Assembly: GCA_965197905.1 (NCBI GenBank)
Contig: CBDAOB010000004.1
Coordinates: forward strand, 1,812,878-1,876,877
DNA: 64,000 bases
Reading direction: 5' to 3'
Source of the DNA: Candidatus Latescibacterota bacterium
GTDB lineage: Bacteria; Latescibacterota; UBA2968; UBA8231
In this document: one piece after another, positions 1-9,609 of the stretch
Layout: each line of letters begins with the position of its first letter
How positions within the stretch are numbered: the stretch's first letter is position 1
Made by a program: the position numbers and the translations under genes
The notes under the pieces: model-generated
The model's input: the letters and a program-made list of their open reading frames with translations, nothing else
What the model was told of the DNA's origin: nothing
Databases searched by the model: none

Positions 1-983
1 CCACCACGCCGGTAGACATGGGTGGGGAAAAGGCCAGCGACAAGGTGACCTCCTACATGCGGGCGGAGATGCGCGCCACCGCCGAACGGACCGGTCGCGA
101 TCCGAAAATCGCCGAAGCGATGGTGGACGAACGGGTGGACATCCCCGGGTTGAGCGCCGAGGCCGGTCGCCCGGCCACCTTGACCACCGAACAGGCGCTG
201 CATTACCAGATTGCCGACGAGACGGCGGAAACCCTGTACGAGGTGTTGCAGATCTACGATCTGGCCGACGCCGAGATCGTCGAGGTCGAGCTAACCTGGG
301 CCGAACATGTGGTCCGCTTGCTGACCCACCCGATTGTTACATCGTTGTTGCTGGCCGTGGCCATGTTCGGCCTGATCGCCGAGGTGCGGACACCCGGTTG
401 GGGCCTGGGAGGCAGCCTGGCCCTCATCGCGCTGACGCTTTTCTTCGGCAGCAATCTCCTGGTACGTCTGGCGGAGTGGTGGGAACTGTTGCTGTTTGGT
501 GTAGGGTTCGGGTTGTTGCTGATCGAGGTGGTAGCCGTACCCGGCTTTGGCGTCGTTGGGGTCTCCGGCATCGCGTTCATGGGTGCCAGCATCGTTTTGA
601 CCCAGCTGCCGGGCGTAGAGTTCGAGTGGTGGAGCGTGGAGGAGGTATCCGATGTCGTGGGCCGCATGGCGCTCTCGATGATCGCTGCCGTGGTTTTGTC
701 GCTCGTATTTCTACGCGCGCTGCCGAAGTTTGCCGCCTTCAATCGCCTCATTCTCAAGAGTGAGACCCGCGCTTCGGAGGGTTACGTCTCGGCTTCCACC
801 GAAGAGGACGAACAGCTCGTCGACCAGGAGGGGATCACCCTGACGGATCTGCGTCCCGTCGGCATCGGCCTGTTCGGCGGCCGGCGGATCAACATTACCG
901 CCGAAGGGGAGTTCATCGAACAGCAGCGCCCCGTAAGGATCGTCGAAGCGCACGGTAGCCGGATCGTGGTGAGGACTCTTTGA
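1..983 (+). CDS. NfeD-family membrane protein, long form, 5'-partial (C-terminal part of ClpP-like domain + TM region + OB-fold)
   Basis: No in-frame stop upstream of the first ATG (18) back to nt 3, so the gene probably runs off the window. Hydrophobic central TM segments and a C-terminal beta-rich region typical of NfeD. First gene of an NfeD-NfeD-FloA operon, 4-nt overlap with the next gene. Confidence 0.55.
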   Translation, partial: TTPVDMGGEKASDKVTSYMRAEMRATAERTGRDPKIAEAMVDERVDIPGLSAEAGRPATLTTEQALHYQIADETAETLYEVLQIYDLADAEIVEVELTWAEHVVRLLTHPIVTSLLLAVAMFGLIAEVRTPGWGLGGSLALIALTLFFGSNLLVRLAEWWELLLFGVGFGLLLIEVVAVPGFGVVGVSGIAFMGASIVLTQLPGVEFEWWSVEEVSDVVGRMALSMIAAVVLSLVFLRALPKFAAFNRLILKSETRASEGYVSASTEEDEQLVDQEGITLTDLRPVGIGLFGGRRINITAEGEFIEQQRPVRIVEAHGSRIVVRTL

Positions 984-1492
984 CTCCCGACGCATGGGCG
1001 CCGCTGATCTATTCGCTGCTTTTGCTGATCCTCGGTTTTGGCTTGATCCTTCTTGAGATCTTCGTTATTCCCGGCATCAATATCTTTGGTATCGTCGGAT
1101 TTCTCACCATGAGTGCCGGCGTGTGGTACGCCTACGCCAAGCTCGGGACCGGATCGGCCGCGGCGGTCGCCGTGCTCGGATTGGGAGGAACCTTCGTTCT
1201 CGTCCGTTTGCTCATACGGGTTCGGGCCTGGCACCGGATCGTGCTTGATACCGATACTGGAAAGAATCGGGGATACGATTCCTCTGCCCCGGGGCTGGAG
1301 GATCTCAACGGCCTGTCGGGAGAAGCGCTGACACCCCTGCGTCCGGCGGGTCGCGCCAAGATTGGGGAGCGTATCATTGACGTGGTAACCGAAGGTGATT
1401 TCGTTTCCACCGGAGAGCCGATCGAGGTGGTCGAGATCGGCGGCAACCGCGTGGTCGTGCAAAAAGCGGCCAACAAAGGAGAACTAGGGTGA
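980..1492 (+). CDS. NfeD-like short membrane protein (YqeZ/YuaF-type, TM hairpin + OB-fold)
   Basis: 170 aa, N-terminal hydrophobic segments, C-terminal '[22 protein letters not shown]' OB-fold-like motif. ATGA/GTGA 4-nt overlaps with both flanking genes, immediately upstream of floA. Confidence 0.5.
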   Translation: MTPDAWAPLIYSLLLLILGFGLILLEIFVIPGINIFGIVGFLTMSAGVWYAYAKLGTGSAAAVAVLGLGGTFVLVRLLIRVRAWHRIVLDTDTGKNRGYDSSAPGLEDLNGLSGEALTPLRPAGRAKIGERIIDVVTEGDFVSTGEPIEVVEIGGNRVVVQKAANKGELG

Positions 1493-2478
1493 CGCAAATC
1501 CTTTTCCTGCTGTTGATACTGTTGGGCATCGTCGTTTTCCTGGCCCTGTTCACCTACTTCGTACCCATCGGGCTCTGGATTACCGCCTTTTTCGCCGGGG
1601 TGCGCGTGAGCATCTTCAAGGATCTCGTCGGTATGCGCCTGCGGAAGGTCCCCCCGGCCGCCATCGTGCGACCCAAGATCAGCATCACCAAGGCGGGTCT
1701 CGACGTGGACCTGGACCGGATGGAGGCGCATTTTCTCGCCGGCGGCAACGTCGAAGCCGTCATTTTCGCCCTCATTTCTGCAGACAAAGCGAATATCCCG
1801 CTGACCTTTGAACGGGCGGCGAGCATTGATCTGGCCGGGCGCGACGTACTGGAGGCGGTGCGTGTCAGCGTCAATCCGAAAGTGATCAACACGCCGCTGA
1901 TCGCCGCTGTGGCTAAAGACGGTATCCAGCTCAAAGCCACCTCCCGGGTCACCGTGCGAGCCAACATCGACCGTCTGGTGGGTGGCGCCGGTGAGGAAAC
2001 GATAATCGCCCGGGTTGGTGAAGGCATCGTAACCACCATCGGTTCGGCAGACACCCACAAGGCGGTGCTGGAGAATCCCGACAGCATCTCCCAGCGGGTG
2101 CTCGACAAGGGACTCGACTCAGGCACGGCTTTTGAGATCCTCTCCATCGACATTGCCGACGTCGACGTGGGCGAGAATATCGGCGCCAAGCTACAAACCG
2201 ATCAGGCCGAAGCGGATCTCAAGATCGCCCAGGCCAAGGCGGAAGAGCGACGCGCCATGGCCCAGGCACGGGAGCAGGAGATGCGCGCGCTAGTGGAGGA
2301 GATGAGCGCCCGCGTGAAAGAGGCGGAAGCCGAGGTCCCGCTCGCCATCGCCGAGTCATTTCGTACCGGCAGCCTGGGCATCATGGATTATTACCGCATG
2401 CGCAACATCCAAGCCGATACCGACATGCGTACATCCATTTCCCAAACCGACCCCGAAGACCAGAACCCAAATCAGTGA
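1489..2478 (+). CDS. floA: Flotillin-like protein FloA (YqfA/UPF0365 family)
   Basis: Near-collinear match to the bacterial FloA family, with conserved '[14 protein letters not shown]', '[11 protein letters not shown]', '[20 protein letters not shown]', '[25 protein letters not shown]', '[15 protein letters not shown]' and the C-terminal '[18 protein letters not shown]' tail. GTG start overlapping the previous stop. Confidence 0.85.
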   Translation: MTQILFLLLILLGIVVFLALFTYFVPIGLWITAFFAGVRVSIFKDLVGMRLRKVPPAAIVRPKISITKAGLDVDLDRMEAHFLAGGNVEAVIFALISADKANIPLTFERAASIDLAGRDVLEAVRVSVNPKVINTPLIAAVAKDGIQLKATSRVTVRANIDRLVGGAGEETIIARVGEGIVTTIGSADTHKAVLENPDSISQRVLDKGLDSGTAFEILSIDIADVDVGENIGAKLQTDQAEADLKIAQAKAEERRAMAQAREQEMRALVEEMSARVKEAEAEVPLAIAESFRTGSLGIMDYYRMRNIQADTDMRTSISQTDPEDQNPNQ

Positions 2479-2498
2479 TTAAGTTGCAGACAAACTAG

Positions 2499-2975
2499 AT
2501 GGAACAGCTACTATTTCTGCTTTTTGTGTTATTCAGCGTCGGTTCGGCGCTGCTGGAACGGCGGAAGCGCAAGTTAGCCAGACAGCGCGAAGAGGAGGCC
2601 GCCCAAAGGGGTGAACAGGCCGTAGATTCGGAGGAAGAAGATCAGACTTGGTCCTTCCCGACTACGGATCCATTTGAATTGGAGCCGCCGCCGGGGCGCA
2701 TCTCGACGGAAGAATTGGAGCGCCAGGCTTTGGAGGCCGCGCAGCACACGCAGGAGATGGAAGAGCGGGCGCGGCAATTGGAACGACAGGCTCTGGAGGT
2801 AGCGCCGCGCCGCCGGGTCGAGGAACTGGTCCGAGAGTCGCTGCAGCACAAACAAACACGGCGGGCTCCGGGTCGCTCGAAGGGTTGGACCATCTCGGCC
2901 GCAGAGGCGCGTCGTGGGATCATCTACGCCGAGATTCTCGGCAAACCGAAAGCTATGCGCCGGGAGGGCGACTGA
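2499..2975 (+). CDS. Hypothetical membrane-anchored, charged coiled-coil protein
   Basis: N-terminal hydrophobic helix (LLFLLFVLFSVGSALL) followed by a highly charged E/R/Q-rich region. 20 nt downstream of floA, so probably co-transcribed. No recognisable family. Confidence 0.4.
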   Translation: MEQLLFLLFVLFSVGSALLERRKRKLARQREEEAAQRGEQAVDSEEEDQTWSFPTTDPFELEPPPGRISTEELERQALEAAQHTQEMEERARQLERQALEVAPRRRVEELVRESLQHKQTRRAPGRSKGWTISAAEARRGIIYAEILGKPKAMRREGD

Positions 2976-3076
2976 GTCGGAAGGGACCTGCCCGAGTTGG
3001 GGAAGGCGGTCTAACGAACCGCTGCTTTACAGTGCCGGAGGCCGCCTGTATTTTACCGCTGGTTTTTCGAACCATC

Positions 3077-3163
3077 GCCGAAGTGGCGGAACTGGTAGAC
3101 GCGCTGGATTCAAAATCCAGTGGGGGCAACTCCGTGTGGGTTCGAGTCCCACCTTCGGCACCA
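3077..3163 (+). tRNA. tRNA-Leu (anticodon CAA), with 3' CCA encoded
   Basis: Cloverleaf: acceptor GCCGAAG/CTTCGGC, anticodon stem CTGGA/TCCAG with loop TTCAAAA (anticodon CAA), long variable arm typical of tRNA-Leu, T-arm GGTTCGAGTCC, discriminator A + CCA. Confidence 0.85.
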
Positions 3164-3176
3164 TTGGTAGAAACAG

Positions 3177-3213
3177 AGGACGTGCGCCGAGCAAACACGG
3201 CGTCGTCCTTTTG
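3177..3213 (+). terminator. Rho-independent terminator after tRNA-Leu
   Basis: 11-bp GC-rich stem (AGGACG..CGCCG / CGGCG..CGTCCT) with an 8-nt loop, followed by TTTTG. Confidence 0.5.
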
Positions 3214-3324
3214 TCATTTCAGGATTGGTTGGCGTGGGCGTCGCGCCCCTGCATCCATTTGACGATGAAATCAATGGGATCGACGTGAGCCACCTGCAGG
3301 ATCGGATCTGACAAGGTCAGCACG

Positions 3325-5622
3325 GTGGCATCATGCCTACGACGGCGGGAGGGACCTCTAACGAGGCCAGCGAACTTCCGCGTGTGCGGTCACGAAGAGC
3401 GCTCAAACCGAATCGCCTTGCTCCTGGCGGTCGTCATCTTCTGCGGGACCCCGTGTTGGAGCCAGATGATGACCGGCATCGTAACCGACACGGCAGGCGC
3501 CCCGGTTCGCGGAGCCCGGGTGGTCTTTGAGGAAGTTCCAGGGGGCGATCGATTCCTTTCGATCACCGGAGAGCAGGGCGCCTTCGCGACGAATCTCGCC
3601 TTGTCACCCACCGTGATCGCCACCAACGCGGAAGCCCGTCCATCGTCCGTCGCGCTTTACCAGAATCATCCAAATCCGTTCAATCCCGCCACCGTCATTG
3701 GTTTTTCACTCTCGCACGCGACTGCCACGCAGCTGGCCGTCTACAACATTCTCGGCCAACGGGTAAAAATTCTCGTCGACGACTGGCTGGCGCCGGGATT
3801 CTATGAGGCGACTTGGGACGGGACGAACCAGATTGGCGCAGGAGTGGCGGCCGGTGTCTATCTTTATCGTCTGGCGACGCCAACCTACGAAACATCTCGA
3901 AAAATGCTACTGCTGGATGGCACCGCCGCCGCCACCGGCGGCCGTGTGCAGGCGACAAAGCAGCTGCCGGCAGCGCGACGAGCACAGCAGCGGGTTTTCC
4001 AGGTCAGAGTGACCAGTGCTCGGATCGAACCCCACACAGTGGACCCCTTCGTAGTGGAGGACGATACAGCTCTGGAGATTGAGGTGGAGCGTCGTGGAAG
4101 GCAGCTGGTGGTGGAAGATATGGACGGCGACGGGCAATCAGACCTCCTCACCCTGCTGGATGGGGACGAAGCGCTGGAAACACACGTTCAGGATCTCGAC
4201 CTGAACCATCAATTGGACAGTTTTGTGTTTGTTCGCGAGCAGGTCGCTGCCTCGGGGGCGCTCGTAACCAGCGAGACCCGGATTGCGGAAACAACCGACA
4301 GCGTATGGGTCAGGTCGAGTTTTACGATCGAAGCCACCGGCATGGGACCCTCGGTGCTGAGCTTTCGCCTGCAGCCGAAAGAAAGTGTCCTCAGCAGTCT
4401 GGATCTTGAGGACCCGGAGCGAGTCATCCGAGAGGCGTCCAGTCTCGTACCTAGTATCGTGGCCGCCGACAACGGGTGGTTGCAGCTGCAAATTCCGAAC
4501 GTCTTGGCGCCGGACGCGCACCAGATCGATTACTTCGGCGGGCCGCAGATCACCGTTCTCGAAGCGGATTCCGTGATCCAATGGTCTTTCCGCGACGAGG
4601 CTCGCCGCGATGTGGAGTATGCGGTGGCGGCGTTGGAAGGGACCGCATCAGGTCCAGAACCACCCATTACCTTCCAGATCGAGAGCAGCTTCCCCCTCAG
4701 CCGGGACCATCTCCAGGTGCATGCAGTGTCTCCCGAGGTGGGGGTGGTTGAACTGCAGCCGCTCCTGGAAGTCCAACGCCAACGACGTCTAAACGGAAGG
4801 GCGGTATGGGAGCACATGGTAGCGGTTAACTGGCAGCCCCCCAATAAGGGACTCTACCGTCTGATCCTGCGGATCGAGAAGGAGGGGGTGGTGGTGTCCG
4901 AAAGCCTGATATGGCATCTACAGACCCGACGACCGCCGCTGGAACTGAACCTGATTGGTGGAGCGCGGCACCTGATGGTGCACGTGGCGAGTGGTCCGTT
5001 TACCATGGGCTCCGACCGAGGATTCGCCAACGAGCGACCCCAGCACCGCGTGGAGCTAGAAGGGTTCTATCTCGACCGCACTGAAGTTACGAACAAGCAG
5101 TGGAACGCTTATGCTGCTTTTCTGGGCATTTCACTGAAGCAGGGGCTTGACGACCACCCTGTCGTAGACGTCAGCTGGTCTGAAGCCGCCGAGTACTGTC
5201 GCTGGGCGGGATTGCGATTGCCGACGGAGGCGGAGTGGGAAAAAGGAGCCCGTGGGGTCGAAGCCCGGACCTACCCGTGGGGGGAGTCGATCAGCGGCAG
5301 GCAGGCCAATTATGTTGACAGCGGCGATCCCTTCGACAACAGTACCACGCCCGTGGGACTCTTCCCCGACGGGAGTTCCCCTTCTGGAGCCCTGGACATG
5401 GCAGGGAACGTGTGGGAGTGGGTGGCGGATTGGTTCGACGAAAGGTATTACGCCTCCAGTCCGGCACGCAATCCACCAGGCCCTTCCAGTGGGCCGGGAA
5501 GGGTGCTTCGGGGGGGATCGTGGATAAACCTTCCGCTGAGTTTGCGGACCACCCATCGCGGCGGCCGGGAGCCGATGGATCGCACTGACTTCATCGGATT
5601 TCGCTGCGCCCGCGATGAATAG
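3325..5622 (+). CDS. Secreted protein with internal FlgD-Ig/T9SS-CTD-like beta-sandwich domain and C-terminal FGE-sulfatase (SUMF1/EgtB-type) domain
   Basis: N-terminal hydrophobic signal-like segment (start may be GTG ~3382). 'NHPNPFNPATVIGFSL...AVYNILGQRV...YEATWDGTNQIGAGVAAGVYLYRL' matches the por_Secre_tail/FlgD-Ig fold but lies near the N-terminus. C-terminus has FGE-sulfatase motifs 'RLPTEAEWEKGARG', 'YPWG', 'GNVWEWVADW', 'RVLRGGSW', 'GFRCARD'. Confidence 0.7.
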   Translation: MASCLRRREGPLTRPANFRVCGHEERSNRIALLLAVVIFCGTPCWSQMMTGIVTDTAGAPVRGARVVFEEVPGGDRFLSITGEQGAFATNLALSPTVIATNAEARPSSVALYQNHPNPFNPATVIGFSLSHATATQLAVYNILGQRVKILVDDWLAPGFYEATWDGTNQIGAGVAAGVYLYRLATPTYETSRKMLLLDGTAAATGGRVQATKQLPAARRAQQRVFQVRVTSARIEPHTVDPFVVEDDTALEIEVERRGRQLVVEDMDGDGQSDLLTLLDGDEALETHVQDLDLNHQLDSFVFVREQVAASGALVTSETRIAETTDSVWVRSSFTIEATGMGPSVLSFRLQPKESVLSSLDLEDPERVIREASSLVPSIVAADNGWLQLQIPNVLAPDAHQIDYFGGPQITVLEADSVIQWSFRDEARRDVEYAVAALEGTASGPEPPITFQIESSFPLSRDHLQVHAVSPEVGVVELQPLLEVQRQRRLNGRAVWEHMVAVNWQPPNKGLYRLILRIEKEGVVVSESLIWHLQTRRPPLELNLIGGARHLMVHVASGPFTMGSDRGFANERPQHRVELEGFYLDRTEVTNKQWNAYAAFLGISLKQGLDDHPVVDVSWSEAAEYCRWAGLRLPTEAEWEKGARGVEARTYPWGESISGRQANYVDSGDPFDNSTTPVGLFPDGSSPSGALDMAGNVWEWVADWFDERYYASSPARNPPGPSSGPGRVLRGGSWINLPLSLRTTHRGGREPMDRTDFIGFRCARDE

Positions 5623-5731
5623 GCGCGGCCTTCAACCGCGAAAAATTCCGACCTAAAACTGGCAATCCCTTGAACCGGTTGTGGTTACCCGAATCCCTGA
5701 CACCCACGCCCCATATATCACCAACTTTTTG

Positions 5732-5760
5732 TTGCTATGGGCGTATCAGCGCCGTATCAT
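5732..5760 (+). promoter_or_regulatory. Candidate sigma70-type promoter for the sigma-factor gene (TTGCTA-N17-TATCAT)
   Basis: Sits in an AT-rich 230-nt non-coding leader, spacing 17 nt, about 90 nt upstream of the ATG at 5853. Confidence 0.3.
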
Positions 5761-5852
5761 AACATTGATCTATTCACACCGAGTCGCGACCCATTCCGAC
5801 CGTCAGGGCCGCCGTTTCGGCACGTTCCTCAAAACCAAAGAATAGGGGCTAT

Positions 5853-6704
5853 ATGCAAGATAGCTTGGGTGATAGGGAAAGCACGTTGCGGCTCTATTTC
5901 GACGACATTGCCGATTCCAGACCGCTCTCGCGCGAGCGCGAGGTGGAGTTGTCGGCCCGAATACAGGACGGCGACATGCAGGCTCGGGATGAATTGGTCC
6001 AGGCAAATCTTCGTTTCGTGATAGACGTTGCCAAGAACTACCAGAATCGAGGGTTGCCGCTGGCGGATCTGATCAGTGCTGGAAATGTCGGACTGCTGAC
6101 CGCCGCCGACCGCTTTGACGGCACCAAAGGGTACAAATTCATCTCCTACGCGGTCTGGTGGATCAAACAGTCCATTCTGCAAACGATCGCCGAACATGCG
6201 CGTACCGTGCGACTGCCGATGAACAAGGTGAGCTTGCTCAAAGACATCTCCAAGACCTCTCGCCGCCTTGGTCAGGGCCGCGAAGCCGAACCCCGCATCG
6301 AAGAAATTGCCGCGGAGCTGGAGGTGCCCGCTGAGGAAGTGCTAGAAACCATGTTGAGCGCGCGCGCCGTGCGCTCGCTGGACGAATCCTTCGAAGAGGA
6401 TGATGAGCGCAATCTGTTGAACATCTTGGCCGATACTACCCAAGACAATCCTGACGCGGACGTGTTGTGTGAGTCCGCCAAAGATCAGTTGGAGAGCGTG
6501 CTCAACAGTCTGGATGAACGAGAGCTGCGCATTATCAGGCTCTATTTCGGGTTGGACGGTCACGAAGCTTTGACCCTGGAACAGATCGGCGATCTCATGG
6601 GTGTCACCCGTGAGCGCGTGCGTCAGATCAAGGAACGAGCGCTCAGTCGGCTCCGCCATCCTTCGCGGCATCAGTTCCTGCGCGCGCTTACAGAAGACGT
6701 ATAA
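5853..6704 (+). CDS. RNA polymerase sigma factor, sigma-70 family (group 3-like: FliA/WhiG/SigB class by size)
   Basis: 283 aa; region 1.2/2 'LYFDDI...ANLRFVIDVAKNYQNRGLPLADLISAGNVGLLTAADRFD...YKFISYAVWWIKQSI', region 3, and region 4 HTH 'LTLEQIGDLMGVTRERVRQIKERALSRLR'. Noticeably lower GC than neighbouring genes. Confidence 0.85.
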   Translation: MQDSLGDRESTLRLYFDDIADSRPLSREREVELSARIQDGDMQARDELVQANLRFVIDVAKNYQNRGLPLADLISAGNVGLLTAADRFDGTKGYKFISYAVWWIKQSILQTIAEHARTVRLPMNKVSLLKDISKTSRRLGQGREAEPRIEEIAAELEVPAEEVLETMLSARAVRSLDESFEEDDERNLLNILADTTQDNPDADVLCESAKDQLESVLNSLDERELRIIRLYFGLDGHEALTLEQIGDLMGVTRERVRQIKERALSRLRHPSRHQFLRALTEDV

Positions 6705-6751
6705 TCGAGGACTCGGCTCCGCCACGGACACTTCAATCTGTCTCTATCGAA

Positions 6752-6786
6752 ACGGCACTGCGGTTGCGACCGCGGTGCCGTTTTCC
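6752..6786 (+). terminator. Rho-independent terminator after the sigma-factor gene
   Basis: 13-bp stem ACGGCACTGCGGT / ACCGCGGTGCCGT (one mismatch), loop TGCG, followed by TTTTCC. Confidence 0.6.
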
Positions 6787-6807
6787 TTCTAACCCGCTGA
6801 CAATATC

Positions 6808-7704
6808 ATGGATCAGATTTCGATTCTTCTTTTGCTGGGAATCGTACTATTCCTCGCCTTACTCGCCTATTTCGTGCCGCTGGGGTTGTGGATCAGCGCG
6901 TTCTTCGCCGGGGTGAAGGTGCAGATCTTCAAAGACCTGGTGGGCATGCGACTGCGAAAGGTACCCCCCGTGGCCATTGTGCGTCCGAAAATCAGCGCCA
7001 CCAAAGCCGGGCTGCAGGTCGATCTGGACCGTATGGAAGCCCACTATCTGGCAGGCGGAAATGTCGAAGCGGTAATCCTGGCGTTGATCTCCGCAGATAA
7101 GGCAAATATAGATCTTGCCTTCGAGCGGGCAGCCAGCATCGACCTGGCCGGACGCGATGTGCTGGAAGCGGTCAAGGTCAGCGTCAACCCAAAGGTCATC
7201 AATACCCCGCTCATCACTGCGGTAGCCAAGGACGGTATTCAGGTGAGAGCAACCTGTCGCGTCACCGTGCGTGCCAATATCGATCGCTTGGTGGGAGGCG
7301 CCGGGGAAGAGACGATTATCGCCCGTGTCGGCGAGGGCATCATCACCAGTATCGGATCTTGCAACAGCCACAAACAGGTGCTGGAAAGCCCAGACCTGAT
7401 CTCGAAAACGGTGCTGGCCAAAGGACTGGATTCCGGTTCGGCCTTCGAGATTCTATCCATCGATATAGCGGATGTGGATGTGGGAGAGAATATCGGTGCC
7501 AGTCTGCAGACCGATCAGGCCGAGGCTGACTTAAAAATTGCTCGCGCCAAAGCGGAGGAGCGACGCGCGATGGCCGAGGCGCGTGAGCAGGAGATGACGG
7601 CGTTGGTGGAAGAGATGAGTGCGCGGGTCCGGGAAGCGGAAGCCGAGGTTCCCAAAGCCTTAGCCGAGGCGTTTCGTTCGGGCAACCTGGGCTCCTTGTC
7701 CTGA
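6808..7704 (+). CDS. floA: Flotillin-like protein FloA, second paralog (C-terminally truncated relative to copy 1)
   Basis: ~85% aa identity to the 1489..2478 product over 295 aa, but many synonymous nucleotide differences. Ends ...RSGNLGSLS* and lacks the conserved [10 protein letters not shown]... tail. No NfeD partner genes adjacent. Confidence 0.8.
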   Translation: MDQISILLLLGIVLFLALLAYFVPLGLWISAFFAGVKVQIFKDLVGMRLRKVPPVAIVRPKISATKAGLQVDLDRMEAHYLAGGNVEAVILALISADKANIDLAFERAASIDLAGRDVLEAVKVSVNPKVINTPLITAVAKDGIQVRATCRVTVRANIDRLVGGAGEETIIARVGEGIITSIGSCNSHKQVLESPDLISKTVLAKGLDSGSAFEILSIDIADVDVGENIGASLQTDQAEADLKIARAKAEERRAMAEAREQEMTALVEEMSARVREAEAEVPKALAEAFRSGNLGSLS

Positions 7705-7734
7705 TCTCGTCGGTCAATCCAGGGTTTCGGGAGA

Positions 7735-9504
7735 TTATTCGCGTACTACAGCCAGGGTGCGCTGATAGGTGCGGCCATTGGCTTCTAGGACGTAATAATA
7801 GACACCGCTGGCGACGGCTTCTCCATCCTGATTGGTTCCGTCCCAGGTGGCCGCAAAAGAACGTGCCGAGCGCTGGCCCTGTTCCAGCACACGAACCAGT
7901 TCCCCCGTTGCTGAAAAGATCGATATCCTGGCGTCGTCGCTGGCTTCGTCCAGTGCGTACGGGATTAAGGTTGTTTCGAGTCCGTGAATTCGGAACGGGT
8001 TTGGTCGATTTTGTTCCAAACGAAATACCTGCGAGTCGGTGCCACCCCCCAGAAGGTTGGGATCGTACTCGGCGGCCACATTGTATTCGAAACCGGCGCC
8101 GGACTGCTCAAGGCTGCTGAGAACGACAACGATCTCGTCAAACTGGTCCCAATCCTGGATCTCGACTCTGTTCGCATCGGCGTCACGAATCTCGACGGCG
8201 TCCCGCGAAATCAACAGCAGTTGTCGTTTCCAGTTTCCCTCTTCCGTATTTAGTTCGAGAGCCACACCCCCGCTTTGCAGCTGCGGGTCCAGCTTCAAGT
8301 AAGCACTTCCCGTGTGATCCACCTGGCCACTGTCGGCCACGGCGACTTTGGACGCGGTTCGCAGGGTTTGCGTCCGCACTTCGCCATACTTTTCGCCTTC
8401 GGAGTAGAACATGCCGGAACGGTGGTTGACCCCGGTGAAGTAATTCCACACGGCGTATTCCCCTATGGCCGCCGCCAACCCGCCGGGAATCCACTGGCGA
8501 ATGGCGCGCTCGAAATTTACCAGGCGAGCGTGATTGCTGACGGCCATCTCGTCCCACACCAACCGAATCAAATCGCGACCAAAACGCTGATCGAGAAAAT
8601 GTGCGAAAAGGGCGCTTCCGTAGATGCGCGTTTCCACGGTGAAGTTTCCACTTCCCAACGCGCGCTCGGGCCGGCGGAGCACACTGGGCACGTACTGCAA
8701 GTAGTCGTCCACTTCGGGGTAGGCCACCTCCTCCATCCAGGTTGCCGACGCCTCCTGCCACCACACTCCGTTTCTCCCGGCGTAGTAGGAGAACTGTACC
8801 CCGTGAAAGAATTCATGTGCCAGGGTGACGTGCAGGGCATCCAATCCGCGGGTCTGAACATATACGGGATCGGTAAAATTGTTGTCGATCTCGAAATAGA
8901 CCGGCGTCGTATTCCCAGAGAGCTCGGGGAAGGCATAGCCGTACACTCCGGAGCCGCTCAAGTCAGTCAGATACACATCGTATTCGTTTCCGCCGCCGAC
9001 GCTGCCGTCTACTAATGGAGCCCGATACCCAAGGTCCACCACCTCAAGTTGCCAGGAGCGTTCCAATGTGGCTGCCGTCTCATCTATATAGTCCGGTATC
9101 GCGTTGTCATCCTCGTCACTGGGATCTACGCCGTGGCGACCCTCCACGTCGTAGTGCAGGCGAAAACGACCGGAGGCGGTCACCAGACTGTTCGCTCTCG
9201 ACGGGCGCTGCAAAGTGCGGGCGAGTTTCGCCCGAAACGAGACACTCAGCTCCGGCGCCGCCTGTTGAGCAGCGACGAGGGCAGGGGTGCCACAACGCGG
9301 GTGCAGGTTCGTCGGGGACGGACGAAACGCCTGCGGCAGGGAATCCGGGTCACGGACAGCGTAGACTTCGTACAGAAGGGCGGTCTCGTAATCCAAAACT
9401 CCGGATTCGAAGGCTTCGCTTACCAGTGTGCCCGCATGGGCGGGGGCACCCAAACTTCCCAGGCAAAAGCTGCAAACAACAAGGGGTCGAAACACGTGCA
9501 CCAA
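7735..9504 (-). CDS. Secreted zinc metalloprotease (HExxH) with C-terminal T9SS-type sorting domain
   Basis: Signal peptide MVHVFRPLVVCSFCLGSLGAPAHA; 'VTLAHEFFHGVQFSYY' HExxH zinc-binding motif. C-terminal ~90 aa 'NRPNPFRIHGLETTL...SIFSATGELVRVL...ATWDGTNQDGEAVASGVYYYVL' matches the por_Secre_tail/FlgD-Ig CTD pattern. Confidence 0.65.
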   Translation of the reverse strand: MVHVFRPLVVCSFCLGSLGAPAHAGTLVSEAFESGVLDYETALLYEVYAVRDPDSLPQAFRPSPTNLHPRCGTPALVAAQQAAPELSVSFRAKLARTLQRPSRANSLVTASGRFRLHYDVEGRHGVDPSDEDDNAIPDYIDETAATLERSWQLEVVDLGYRAPLVDGSVGGGNEYDVYLTDLSGSGVYGYAFPELSGNTTPVYFEIDNNFTDPVYVQTRGLDALHVTLAHEFFHGVQFSYYAGRNGVWWQEASATWMEEVAYPEVDDYLQYVPSVLRRPERALGSGNFTVETRIYGSALFAHFLDQRFGRDLIRLVWDEMAVSNHARLVNFERAIRQWIPGGLAAAIGEYAVWNYFTGVNHRSGMFYSEGEKYGEVRTQTLRTASKVAVADSGQVDHTGSAYLKLDPQLQSGGVALELNTEEGNWKRQLLLISRDAVEIRDADANRVEIQDWDQFDEIVVVLSSLEQSGAGFEYNVAAEYDPNLLGGGTDSQVFRLEQNRPNPFRIHGLETTLIPYALDEASDDARISIFSATGELVRVLEQGQRSARSFAATWDGTNQDGEAVASGVYYYVLEANGRTYQRTLAVVRE

Positions 9505-9609
9505 TCTACTCCGATCGATAACCAGCCGAAAGATATCCGCTGCGAGCCCGGCGCCGTTGATGTATGTTAAAGGCTACACCGAGCGGCCACAGCGCCGCCT
9601 CGCGGACAA

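Noticed and set aside
1132-2189. Long antisense ORFs (308 aa and 211 aa, minus strand) overlapping floA copy 1
   Set aside because: Low-complexity, R/S/T/A-rich translations typical of GC-rich out-of-frame reading; the + strand FloA match is unambiguous.
3420-3690. T9SS CTD-like domain in the FGE proteins as a type IX secretion signal
   Set aside because: The domain is near the N-terminus in both FGE proteins; T9SS signals must be C-terminal. Treated as an internal FlgD-Ig-like module instead. C-terminal copies in the metalloprotease and gingipain-like protein remain plausible signals.
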